DNA of 22,597 nucleotides from a bacterium (GTDB taxonomy: Bacteria > Sysuimicrobiota > Sysuimicrobiia > Sysuimicrobiales > Humicultoraceae), in assembly GCA_041497675.1 (NCBI GenBank), contig JBGQGY010000055.1, positions 1 to 22,597 of the forward strand. Direction: 5' to 3'. Each line of letters starts with the position of its first letter. Position 1 is the first letter of the stretch. The position numbers and the translations under genes are program-made. The notes under the pieces were generated by a model, which did no database searches, was not told the origin of the DNA, and worked only from the letters and a program-made list of their open reading frames with translations. Shown one piece after another: positions 7,707 through 22,456 of the stretch.

Positions 7707-8284
7707 ACGCGACTTCATCGACGATGCGCGACCGAGTGGCTGTGATAGTCTGCGCGGCGCTGCTGACCGTCCTTACAGCGCTGCCGACTGTGGCACAGCC
7801 CCGAGATGTGTCCGGGGTTCGCGTGCTGGCGATCGCGCCGTTTTCCGATGACAACCCGCTCAACCGGAGGATCGCCATCTTCGGCGCGATGCGACTGAGC
7901 GAGCTGCTGAAGGGTGGCCGGCTCCAGATCGTCGATGCCGGCCGGGTCGCCGCCGAGCTGCAGCGCCAGGGTCTGGCGCCGACGGATCTTATCAGCCCGT
8001 CCAAGACGATCGCCGTAGGGATCGCGGTCGGAGCGGATGCGGTCCTGACCGGGCGCATCCTTGAGGTCGTCCAGGAGCCGGCCGCCGGGTTATCCGGTGA
8101 TGACTTTGGAACCTCCATCGAAGGCCGCGTCACAGTCGACGTCCGGATCCTCGACGTCAAGACCCGCCTCAAGTTCTTTGAAGGAGAGGTGTACTGCAGC
8201 GTGCCCGCGTTGGTGCCGGTGGCGATGGAGTGCGTCGCCAGGCGGACGGCCGCGCGGGTCAACGCGCTCTGGCCACGCAATTGA
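7703..8284 (+). CDS. Exported protein with CsgG/HfaB/TolB_N-like alpha/beta domain
   Basis: GTGA overlap with the upstream gene (alternative start ATG 7724). Signal peptide ends ...LPTVA|Q. Motifs 'VLAIAPFSD', 'VGIAVGADAVLTGRI', 'VTVDVRILDVKT'. Confidence 0.6.
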   Translation: MNATSSTMRDRVAVIVCAALLTVLTALPTVAQPRDVSGVRVLAIAPFSDDNPLNRRIAIFGAMRLSELLKGGRLQIVDAGRVAAELQRQGLAPTDLISPSKTIAVGIAVGADAVLTGRILEVVQEPAAGLSGDDFGTSIEGRVTVDVRILDVKTRLKFFEGEVYCSVPALVPVAMECVARRTAARVNALWPRN

Positions 8285-8308
8285 CACCAAGAGGTCCACT
8301 GCTATAAT
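8281..8308 (+). promoter_or_regulatory. Consensus sigma70 promoter of the secE-nusG-rplK-rplA operon
   Basis: TTGACA (8281-8286), 16-bp spacer containing the extended TG, TATAAT (8303-8308). It overlaps the stop codon of the upstream gene. Confidence 0.85.
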
Positions 8309-8317
8309 GGGCCGAGG

Positions 8318-8346
8318 AAGGACCGCGGGAAAAGGTCCTTTTTTTT
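8318..8346 (+). terminator. Intrinsic terminator-like hairpin in the secE leader
   Basis: AAGGACC-gcgggaaaa-GGTCCTT with a T8 run at 8339-8346. Confidence 0.7.
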
Positions 8347-8373
8347 CTGCCGGGATTTCCAGAGGAGCAGTCC

Positions 8374-8661
8374 ATGGCGCGTACAGAGGTCAAGGTGGAA
8401 CCCCGGTCGGTCCAGCGGGCGGCCAAGACCCCTGCCCAGCGGGCCCCGCGGCAGTGGCCGGCGCCTGTTGAACGGGTTCTCACGTACCTGCGCGAGGTGT
8501 CTGCCGAGATGAAGCGTGTCGATTGGCCGACTCGGCGCGAGGCCACCAGCGCGACGATTGTCGTCGTGATCGTGCTGACGCTCATGGCGTGTTACCTGTT
8601 CGCCTTCGACTCGCTCTACACCGCCATGTTCAAGAAGTGGCTGCTGAGAACGCCGGGGTAG
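8374..8661 (+). CDS. secE: Preprotein translocase subunit SecE
   Basis: 'YLREVSAEMKRVDWPTRRE' followed by one TM helix. SD AGAGGAG. Directly upstream of nusG. Confidence 0.95.
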   Translation: MARTEVKVEPRSVQRAAKTPAQRAPRQWPAPVERVLTYLREVSAEMKRVDWPTRREATSATIVVVIVLTLMACYLFAFDSLYTAMFKKWLLRTPG

Positions 8662-8665
8662 GGCC

Positions 8666-9325
8666 ATGGCGAGAACCGACGACAGGATCAAGCCCGTGCA
8701 CGATCCCCTCAAGGGGTTGTTTGCCGATGAACCCATCGAGCCCGAAGTCGCGGAGCCCGAGGACACTACCGCGCCCCGCGACCCGCGGCTGAAGTGGTTC
8801 GTGATCCATACCTACTCGGGGTACGAAGCCAAGGTGAAGTCCAACCTGGAGCGGCGCATCACCTCGATGGGGATGAAGGACAAGATCTTTCAGGTGCTGA
8901 TTCCGACCGAGAAGGAAAAGGAAATTAAGGGCGGCAAGCGGCGGGAGATCGACCGCAAGATCTTCCCCGGCTATGTGCTGGTCGAGGTCAAGACCGACGA
9001 GCGCGGCGAACTCGAAAACGACGCCTGGTATGTGATCCGGAACACCCCGGGTGTGACCGGGTTCGTAGGCTCTGGGGCGAAGCCGATCCCGCTCGAGGAT
9101 CGGGAAGTCCGCCAGTTGCTCCGCCAGCTACGTGATGAGACGCCGAAGTACCGGATCACCTATCAGAAGGGTTCGCCCGTGCGCATCACCTCCGGTCCCT
9201 TCCAGGACTTCACCGGGCTGGTCGACGAGATCATGATGGAGAAAGAGAAAGTCCGCGTGCTTGTGTCGATCTTCGGACGCGAGACGCCGGTCGAGCTGGA
9301 TTTTGGCCAGGTCGAGAAGCTCTAG
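8666..9325 (+). CDS. nusG: Transcription termination/antitermination factor NusG
   Basis: 'WFVIHTYSGYE', 'KIFPGYVLV', 'IRNTPGVTGFVG', KOW domain 'VRITSGPFQDFTG', 'IFGRETPVELDF'. Confidence 0.98.
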   Translation: MARTDDRIKPVHDPLKGLFADEPIEPEVAEPEDTTAPRDPRLKWFVIHTYSGYEAKVKSNLERRITSMGMKDKIFQVLIPTEKEKEIKGGKRREIDRKIFPGYVLVEVKTDERGELENDAWYVIRNTPGVTGFVGSGAKPIPLEDREVRQLLRQLRDETPKYRITYQKGSPVRITSGPFQDFTGLVDEIMMEKEKVRVLVSIFGRETPVELDFGQVEKL

Positions 9326-9334
9326 GGGGATGGC

Positions 9335-9757
9335 ATGAAGAAAGTGGTTGCGATCGTGAAGTTGCAGATTTCCGCCGGCAAGGCGACGCCGGCGCCGCCG
9401 GTCGGTCCGGCGTTGGGTCAGCACGGCGTCAACATCATGGAATTCTGCAAGTCGTACAACGAGCGAACGGGAAGGCTCGCGGGAACCATCGTGCCGGTCG
9501 AGATCACCGTCTTTGCCGATCGCACTTTTACCTTTGTCACCAAGACCCCGCCGGCGGCGGTGTTGCTCCGCCAGGCCGCGGGGTTGGAGAAGGGGTCGGG
9601 CGAGCCCAATAAGACGAAGGCGGGCTCAGTCACCCGCAAACAAGTGCGCGAGATCGCCGAACGCAAGATGCCCGACCTGAACGCCACCACCGTCGATGCG
9701 GCGATGCGGATGATCGAAGGGACCGCCCGCTCGATGGGTATCGAGGTCGTCGGCTAG
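9335..9757 (+). CDS. rplK: 50S ribosomal protein L11
   Basis: '[26 protein letters not shown]', 'GTARSMG'. Confidence 0.99.
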   Translation: MKKVVAIVKLQISAGKATPAPPVGPALGQHGVNIMEFCKSYNERTGRLAGTIVPVEITVFADRTFTFVTKTPPAAVLLRQAAGLEKGSGEPNKTKAGSVTRKQVREIAERKMPDLNATTVDAAMRMIEGTARSMGIEVVG

Positions 9758-9767
9758 GAGGCCCGTT

Positions 9768-10475
9768 ATGGGACGGCACGGCAAGCGCTACCTGACGGCG
9801 ATCAAGCAGGTCACTCCGGGGCAGTTGTACGGGGCCGAAGAGGGCGTCAAGCTTCTCAAGGCGACGTCAACGGCCAAGTTCAACGAGACCGTGGAGGCCC
9901 ACGTGCGGCTTGGCGTGGACCCTAAACAGGCGGACCAGCAGGTCCGCGGTACGGTCGTCCTGCCGCACGGGACCGGCAAGTCGGTGCGCGTGCTCGTCTT
10001 CGCCAAAGGCGAGAAGGCGCGGGAGGCCGAACAGGCGGGCGCGGACGTCGTCGGCGCGGAAGATGTCATCGAAAAGATCCAGGGCGGCTGGTTGGAGTTC
10101 GACGTGGCCGTCGCTACACCCGACGTGATGAATCTGGTGAGCCGGCTCGGACGGGTGCTCGGCCCTCGAGGCCTGATGCCCAACCCGAAGGCGGGCACCG
10201 TCAGCATGGACGTCACCCGGGCCGTCCGGGAACTGAAGGCGGGGAAAATCGAGTTCCGCCTCGATAAGGCCGCGATTATCCACGTGCCCGTCGGCAAGGC
10301 CAAGTTCTCCGAAGCGCAACTGCTCGAGAACGTGACGGCGCTGGTCGAGGCCATCACGCGGGCAAGGCCCTCTGCCGCGAAGGGGCATTACATCAAGTCG
10401 CTGACGCTGACGTCCAGCATGGGACCCGGGATTCGACTCGACCCCGCCCGGGTGGGGGTCGCGCAGACCGTCTAA
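9768..10475 (+). CDS. rplA: 50S ribosomal protein L1
   Basis: '[15 protein letters not shown]', '[15 protein letters not shown]', 'SSMGPGI'. SD AGGAGG. Confidence 0.99.
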   Translation: MGRHGKRYLTAIKQVTPGQLYGAEEGVKLLKATSTAKFNETVEAHVRLGVDPKQADQQVRGTVVLPHGTGKSVRVLVFAKGEKAREAEQAGADVVGAEDVIEKIQGGWLEFDVAVATPDVMNLVSRLGRVLGPRGLMPNPKAGTVSMDVTRAVRELKAGKIEFRLDKAAIIHVPVGKAKFSEAQLLENVTALVEAITRARPSAAKGHYIKSLTLTSSMGPGIRLDPARVGVAQTV

Positions 10476-10478
10476 CAT

Positions 10479-10508
10479 TTGACGGCCCAGAGGGGCCGGT
10501 GCTAGAAT
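10479..10508 (+). promoter_or_regulatory. Sigma70-type promoter of rplJ-rplL
   Basis: TTGACG (10479-10484), 18-bp spacer with extended TG, TAGAAT (10503-10508). Confidence 0.75.
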
Positions 10509-10616
10509 GCGCAAGGCGTCGCGTTAGCGACGCCCGGCGCCGCTCGCAACCGGGCGCCCGAGGTCGTCAACAGCATACCGGCCGCCGATGCGACCCCAGG
10601 GTCGCCGGCGGCACGC

Positions 10617-10723
10617 GCCGTAGACCGCAGGTGCCCGTCGAGGGCGGAAGGACTCGTCCAGAGTCGCCTGCCGAGGAGCGGATCGGGTGAGGACCCGTCT
10701 GCCTATGGCGGGTCCATTTTGTT
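10617..10723 (+). ncRNA. Ribosomal protein L10 leader (autoregulatory RNA) with a downstream terminator-like hairpin
   Basis: Core AGACCGCAGGT (10622-10632) ... GCCTGCCGAGG (10666-10676) encloses two small hairpins. It is followed by GGACCCGTC-7nt-GGCGGGTCC-ATTTTGTT and sits directly upstream of rplJ. Confidence 0.85.
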
Positions 10724-10739
10724 CGAAGGGGCGCATGCG

Positions 10740-11261
10740 ATGCCTCGTCCAGAAAAGACAGCGGAAGTCGAGCAGCTGGAGGCCAAACTGCGGGCCGCGG
10801 GCGGAGTGATCCTTACGGACTTCCGCGGACTGACAGTTGGCGAGATCACGACCCTGCGCGGGAAGTTGCGCGAGGCGGGCGCGGAGTATCGCGTGGTGAA
10901 GAACACGCTCTTCGCGCTGGCGGCAAAATCCATCGGGGTCGAAGGACTGGAACCCTATCTCTCCGGGCCCACGGCCGCCGCGTTTGTGCGTGACGATCCG
11001 GCGGCGGCAGCCAAGATCATTCAGGAGTTCATCCGCCAGACGCGCAAGCTCGCGATCAAGGGCAGTGTGATCTCGGGTCAGGTGTACAACGAGGTGCGGA
11101 CGAAGGCGCTCGCCGACCTGCCGTCGCGTCAGGAGCTTACCGCGCGAGTGGTTGGCGGCATTGCGGCGCCGCTCACCGGGCTGGTCGTCACATTGTCCGC
11201 GCTGCCCCGCAATCTGGTCTACGCGTTGGAGCAGGTTCGTCAGCAGCGAAGTGCTGCGTAG
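10740..11261 (+). CDS. rplJ: 50S ribosomal protein L10
   Basis: MPRPEK..., '[15 protein letters not shown]', 'YRVVKNTL', '[10 protein letters not shown]'. SD AAGGGG at 10726-10731. Confidence 0.98.
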   Translation: MPRPEKTAEVEQLEAKLRAAGGVILTDFRGLTVGEITTLRGKLREAGAEYRVVKNTLFALAAKSIGVEGLEPYLSGPTAAAFVRDDPAAAAKIIQEFIRQTRKLAIKGSVISGQVYNEVRTKALADLPSRQELTARVVGGIAAPLTGLVVTLSALPRNLVYALEQVRQQRSAA

Positions 11262-11299
11262 GCGTGCAGACGGAGTTACGAACGACGGGAGGGACCACG

Positions 11300-11692
11300 G
11301 TGGCAACCAAGGTGGGCAAGGACGAGATCATCGAGAGCATCAGCAATTTGACCGTGCTCGAGCTGGCCGAGCTGGTCAAGGCGCTGGAGGAGAAATTTGG
11401 CGTGAGCGCGGCGATGCCGATGGCCATGGCGGCCATGCCCGGCGCCGGCGGCGCGGCAGCGGCGCCGGCCGTGGAGGAGCAGACCGAGTTCGACGCGATC
11501 CTCCAAACCATTGGCGAGAAGAAGATCCAGGTGATCAAAGTCGTGCGCGAGCTCACCGGGTTGGGTCTGAAAGAGGCGAAGGACCTGGTTGATGGCGCGC
11601 CGAAGCCTGTAAAAGAAAAGGTCAGCCGCCAGGAGGCCGAGACCATCAAGAAGAAACTCGAGGCCGAAGGCGCGACCGTCACAATCAAGTAG
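11300..11692 (+). CDS. rplL: 50S ribosomal protein L7/L12
   Basis: '[22 protein letters not shown]', 'EEQTEFD', '[14 protein letters not shown]'. GTG start after SD GGGAGGG. Confidence 0.98.
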   Translation: MATKVGKDEIIESISNLTVLELAELVKALEEKFGVSAAMPMAMAAMPGAGGAAAAPAVEEQTEFDAILQTIGEKKIQVIKVVRELTGLGLKEAKDLVDGAPKPVKEKVSRQEAETIKKKLEAEGATVTIK

Positions 11693-11723
11693 CCGGACTG
11701 CCCGGCACGACACTCCGAGGTTC

Positions 11724-11753
11724 TTGACATACTGAGAGCCGCGGAGGTATCTT
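11724..11753 (+). promoter_or_regulatory. Sigma70-type promoter of rpoB-rpoC
   Basis: TTGACA (11724-11729), 18-bp spacer, TATCTT (11748-11753). Confidence 0.7.
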
Positions 11754-12008
11754 TGTGCGTGCGGGCTTTCAGCGTCGACCGCGTGCGGGTGAGCCTGAGA
11801 ACCTGTGCCAGAGAGCAACCGGAAGCTGAGGCAGGGGGACCGTCCCGAGGGAGCGGCCCTGCTTTCGTGTTTGAGTGGGGAATTCTCAACCCTGTCGCGC
11901 TGCGCGATGCCCGAACCTCGCTAGTTGTGAGGATCCCACAATAAGCTTCGTCGTTCGCCGCGCGTCGCCGTGCGGCGCCAACTTCTCGCGGAGGTGACTT
12001 CGTCCACC

Positions 12009-15413
<3,405 letters not shown>

Positions 15414-15416
15414 CCG

Positions 15417-18857
<3,441 letters not shown>

Positions 18858-18863
18858 GCTGCG

Positions 18864-18892
18864 TTGACACTCCCTAGGGCCGGTGCTAGAAT
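18864..18892 (+). promoter_or_regulatory. Sigma70-type promoter of the L7Ae-rpsL-rpsG-fusA-tuf operon
   Basis: TTGACA (18864-18869), 17-bp spacer with extended TG, TAGAAT (18887-18892). Confidence 0.85.
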
Positions 18893-18913
18893 CGGCTGGC
18901 GCGGTTAAGACCT

Positions 18914-19192
18914 ATGGCGGATGAGGCGGCGCTGGCGCGGTTGCGCGCCGCATCAGGACGGGCGGTCGGCACGAACCAAACGGCAAGAGCGATCGCCCGC
19001 GGACTGGCCGCTGAGGTTTTTGTCGCGGCAGACGCCGACCGCCGGATCGTTGAGCCGGTGGTGCGGGCAGCAACGGAACGCGGGGTTGGCCTCATCGAAG
19101 TCGAATCGATGACCGCCCTGGGGCGCGCCTGCGGAATCGCGGTAGGCGCAGCCGCAGCGGCGGTTCTCGTTGGTGAGGCCTCTCGAGGGTAG
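18914..19192 (+). CDS. ybxF: L7Ae/L30e-family RNA (K-turn)-binding protein, YbxF/RplGB-like
   Basis: 'VGTNQTARAI', 'VFVAADAD', 'VESMTALGRACGIAVGAA'. Located between rpoC and rpsL, as in Firmicutes. Confidence 0.9.
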   Translation: MADEAALARLRAASGRAVGTNQTARAIARGLAAEVFVAADADRRIVEPVVRAATERGVGLIEVESMTALGRACGIAVGAAAAAVLVGEASRG

Positions 19193-19296
19193 GTAGGAAA
19201 ATCGGGGCTCGTTCGTCGATTCCTTCTTTCTCCTGAGCCCTCTGGTTGCGCCGCAGGGCACGTCTGGCGCACGTCAACTGAAGAGAGATCAGTCTG

Positions 19297-19391
19297 GCGA
19301 TAACCCGGCCGGGCTGCCCCGTGAGGGCGGTGGCTGACCGGGCATCGCCGCCCTGTGTGCGGCTCCTTGGGGGGTCGGCCGGGGTTGTTGC
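19297..19391 (+). ncRNA. Putative structured cis-regulatory leader upstream of rpsL
   Basis: A 16-bp outer stem (19297-19312 with 19375-19391, one bulge) encloses a 10-bp inner stem (19324-19333 with 19345-19354). Paired by eye. Confidence 0.45.
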
Positions 19392-19417
19392 GTGACATCG
19401 GAACAGGAGGCTGGGCT

Positions 19418-19792
19418 ATGCCCACCGTGAGTCAGCTCGTGCGGCTTGGTCGCGAGCGCCCGCGATGGAAAGGCAAGTCGCCGGCGCTGCAGCGCAGCCC
19501 GCAGAAGCGGGGTGTGTGCATTCAGGTGAGGACGATCACGCCCAAGAAGCCGAACTCGGCCCTGCGCAAGATCGCGCGGGTGCGGCTGACGAACGCGATG
19601 GAAGTGACCGCCTACATCCCCGGCGTCGGGCACAACCTCCAGGAGCATTCAGTCGTGCTGATCCGGGGCGGGCGCGTCAAGGATCTCCCTGGCATCCGTT
19701 ACCACATCGTTCGCGGCACGCTCGATGCTGCCGGGGTGACCGGCAGGATGCGGGGACGATCGAAGTACGGCGCCAAACGGCCCAAGAAGTAG
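19418..19792 (+). CDS. rpsL: 30S ribosomal protein S12
   Basis: MPTVSQLVR..., '[11 protein letters not shown]', 'GGRVKDLPG'. SD AGGAGG at 19405-19410. Confidence 0.99.
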   Translation: MPTVSQLVRLGRERPRWKGKSPALQRSPQKRGVCIQVRTITPKKPNSALRKIARVRLTNAMEVTAYIPGVGHNLQEHSVVLIRGGRVKDLPGIRYHIVRGTLDAAGVTGRMRGRSKYGAKRPKK

Positions 19793-19816
19793 GGTTGGGG
19801 AACCGGAGGAGAACCG

Positions 19817-20290
19817 ATGCCGCGCAAAGGTAGCATCCCACCGCGTCAGCTGGGCCCGGATCCGGTGTTCCAGAACGTCTCGGTGCACCGCCTGATCAAC
19901 AAAGTGATGATGCGGGGGAAGAAGAGCCTGGCGACGCGACACGTGTACCGTGCCTTCGATATCGTGAAAGAGAAAAGCGGTCAGGACCCGGCAAAGGTGC
20001 TCGAAAAGGCGCTCGGCAACATCATGCCGATGCTCGAAGTCAAACCGCGGCGCGTGGGCGGCGCCACATACCAGGTGCCGATTGAGGTGCGGCCGGAGCG
20101 GCGCATGTCGCTCGGAGTCCGCTGGCTGGTGGGCTACGCGCGCGACCGCAAGGACCGCCGGACGTTCGCCGACCGGTTGGCGGCTGAGATCCTGGACGCC
20201 TCCGTGGGGCAGGGCTCGTCGGTCAAGAAGCGAGAGGACACACACAAAATGGCGGAGGCGAACAAGGCGTTCGCGCACTATCGATGGTAA
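19817..20290 (+). CDS. rpsG: 30S ribosomal protein S7
   Basis: '[14 protein letters not shown]', '[15 protein letters not shown]'. SD GGAGG. Confidence 0.99.
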   Translation: MPRKGSIPPRQLGPDPVFQNVSVHRLINKVMMRGKKSLATRHVYRAFDIVKEKSGQDPAKVLEKALGNIMPMLEVKPRRVGGATYQVPIEVRPERRMSLGVRWLVGYARDRKDRRTFADRLAAEILDASVGQGSSVKKREDTHKMAEANKAFAHYRW

Positions 20291-22407
20291 CGACATTGGC
20301 GAAACAGTCAGGCGTCAAAACGGTGGGTCCGGCCGGATTGCAAACAATCCGGAACATCGGTATCGTCGCCCACATCGATGCGGGCAAGACGACGACGACC
20401 GAGCGCATCCTCTTTTACACGGGGCGGCTCCACCGTATTGGCGAGGTCGACGAAGGCTCCGCGACCATGGACTGGATGATTCAGGAGCGCGAGCGGGGTA
20501 TCACCATCACCTCGGCCGCGACGACATGCCAGTGGCGCGACCACCGGATCAATATCATCGATACCCCCGGGCACGTGGATTTCACGATGGAAGTCGAACG
20601 GTCGATGCGCGTGCTGGACGGCGCGGTCGTCCTGATCTCGGCGGTGGAGGGCGTCCAGCCGCAGTCCGAGACCGTGTGGCGGCAGGCCGATCGCTACCGG
20701 GTTCCCCGGGTGATCTACATTAATAAGATGGACCGGACCGGTGCGGACTTCGTGCGCACCGTGACGATGATCCGCGAGCGGCTCGGCGCGGTCCCGGTGC
20801 CCATTCAACTCCCGATCGGCAACGAAGACGCGTTCCAGGGCGCCGTCGACCTCCTGCGCATGAAGGCCATCATCTATTTGGACGACCTCGGCACCCGATC
20901 CGACGAGACCGACATCCCCGCGGAATTGCGGGAGCCGGCCGAACAGATGCGGGAGAAGCTCGTGGAGGCCTGCGCGGATCTCGACGATGCGCTTGCCGCT
21001 CGGTATCTCGAGGGCGAGGCCATTGGCGAAGAGGAGTTGCGGGCCGTACTGCGGCGCGGCACCATCGAGGCCCGGATCGTCCCGGTGCTCTGCGGGAGTT
21101 CGTTCCGCAACAAGGGCGTGCAGCCGCTCCTCGACGCCGTGGTCGACTATCTCCCCTCACCGATGGACCTGCCGCCGGTCAGCGGCATTGATCCGAAGAC
21201 GGAAGAGACGGTCCAGCGCGCGGCCGATCCCGAGGCGCCGTTTGCCGCGCTCGCGTTCAAGATCATCACCGATCCCTACGTCGGGAAACTGACGTACTTC
21301 CGCGTCTACTCCGGCACGCTGAAGGCCGGCTCGTACGTCTACAACGTCAACAAGGATCAGAAAGAACGGATCTCGCGAATTTTACAGATGCACGCCAACC
21401 ACCGTGAGGATATCCCGGAGGTTTCAGCCGGGAACGTGGTGGCTGCCGTCGGCCTGCGCGTCACGGCCACCGGCGATTCTCTGTGCGACGAATCCGCGCC
21501 CATCGTGCTCGAGTCGATCCATATTCCCGAACCCGTGATCTCCGTCGCGGTCGAGCCCAAGACGAAGGCCGACGAGGAGAAACTCTCGACCTCCCTCGGC
21601 CGGCTGGCCGATGAAGATCCTACGTTTCGCGTGCGGTTTGACTCTGAGACCGGGCAGACGATCATCTCCGGGATGGGCGAGCTGCACCTGGAGATTATCG
21701 TCGATCGGCTGCTGCGCGAGTTCAACGTGCAGGCCAACGTCGGCCGGCCGCAGGTGGCGTACAAGGAGACGATTCGCCAGCACGCCGAGGGCGAGGGTCG
21801 CTACGTCCGTCAGACCGGCGGCCGCGGCCAGTACGGACACGCGGTCATTGAGATCGAGCCGCTCGAGAAGGGGTCGGGGTTCGAGTTCGAGGATGGGATC
21901 ACCGGTGGCACCATCCCGCGGGAATACATCAGGCCCGTGGAGGCCGGGATTCGCGAGGCCGCCGAAGGTGGCGTGATCGCCGGCTATCCGGTGATCGATT
22001 TCAAGGCTACGCTGGTCGACGGTTCGTACCACGAGGTCGACTCGAGCGAGATGGCGTTCAAAATCGCGGGCTCACTGGCATTCAAAGATGCCACCACCCG
22101 CGCGAAGCCCGTCTTGCTCGAACCCATCATGCGCGTCGAGGCCGTCACGCCCGAGCAGTACATGGGTGACGTCATCGGCGACCTGAATGCCCGGCGCGGA
22201 CGGATCGACGGGATGGAGCAACAGGGCAATCTCAGAGTCATCCGTGTGCTGGTGCCGCTGGCCGAGATGTTCGGCTACGCGACGACGCTGCGATCGGTCA
22301 GTCAGGGCCGCGCGACCCATTCGATGGAACCGTCGCACTACGAGGAAGTGCCTGCCAGTATCGCTGAGGAAATCCGGGCGCGGTCTGGCGTGGGCGCCCG
22401 CGCGTAG
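20284..22407 (+). CDS. fusA: Elongation factor G
   Basis: '[21 protein letters not shown]', 'DTPGHVDF', 'NKMD', 'GMGELHLEI', '[11 protein letters not shown]'. The start is uncertain: ATG 20284 overlaps the end of rpsG, and TTG or GTG codons slightly downstream are possible. Confidence 0.98.
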   Translation: MVTTLAKQSGVKTVGPAGLQTIRNIGIVAHIDAGKTTTTERILFYTGRLHRIGEVDEGSATMDWMIQERERGITITSAATTCQWRDHRINIIDTPGHVDFTMEVERSMRVLDGAVVLISAVEGVQPQSETVWRQADRYRVPRVIYINKMDRTGADFVRTVTMIRERLGAVPVPIQLPIGNEDAFQGAVDLLRMKAIIYLDDLGTRSDETDIPAELREPAEQMREKLVEACADLDDALAARYLEGEAIGEEELRAVLRRGTIEARIVPVLCGSSFRNKGVQPLLDAVVDYLPSPMDLPPVSGIDPKTEETVQRAADPEAPFAALAFKIITDPYVGKLTYFRVYSGTLKAGSYVYNVNKDQKERISRILQMHANHREDIPEVSAGNVVAAVGLRVTATGDSLCDESAPIVLESIHIPEPVISVAVEPKTKADEEKLSTSLGRLADEDPTFRVRFDSETGQTIISGMGELHLEIIVDRLLREFNVQANVGRPQVAYKETIRQHAEGEGRYVRQTGGRGQYGHAVIEIEPLEKGSGFEFEDGITGGTIPREYIRPVEAGIREAAEGGVIAGYPVIDFKATLVDGSYHEVDSSEMAFKIAGSLAFKDATTRAKPVLLEPIMRVEAVTPEQYMGDVIGDLNARRGRIDGMEQQGNLRVIRVLVPLAEMFGYATTLRSVSQGRATHSMEPSHYEEVPASIAEEIRARSGVGARA

Positions 22408-22456
22408 CGGATCGTCGAGATAGTCACGAGCGCAAGAGTATCGGTGGAGGCACCCA

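Noticed and set aside
7175..8440. Possible integrative element at the 3' end of tRNA-Trp
   Set aside because: There is no integrase and no duplicated tRNA 3' end. The only match is an 8-nt CCCCTGCC inside secE, which is chance level.
11787..11820. CTGAGA...ACCTG...GCCAG resembling a TPP riboswitch
   Set aside because: The motifs are too compressed, the P2-P5 pairing and the GCG-AGGGA end are missing, and the rpoB context does not fit.
10499..11944. Short ORFs 10499-10690 and 11753-11944 in the rplJ and rpoB leaders
   Set aside because: Their starts fall within or right at promoter elements, they have no SD, and they overlap RNA structures that explain the sequence better.
19355..19417. Upstream start extensions for rpsL, and likewise rplJ 10719, rplL 11264 and aminotransferase 4142
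   Set aside because: Conserved N-termini and SD positions support the downstream starts reported.
19530..19700. Possible streptomycin-resistance changes in S12
   Set aside because: PKKPNSA and RVKDLPG are wild-type.
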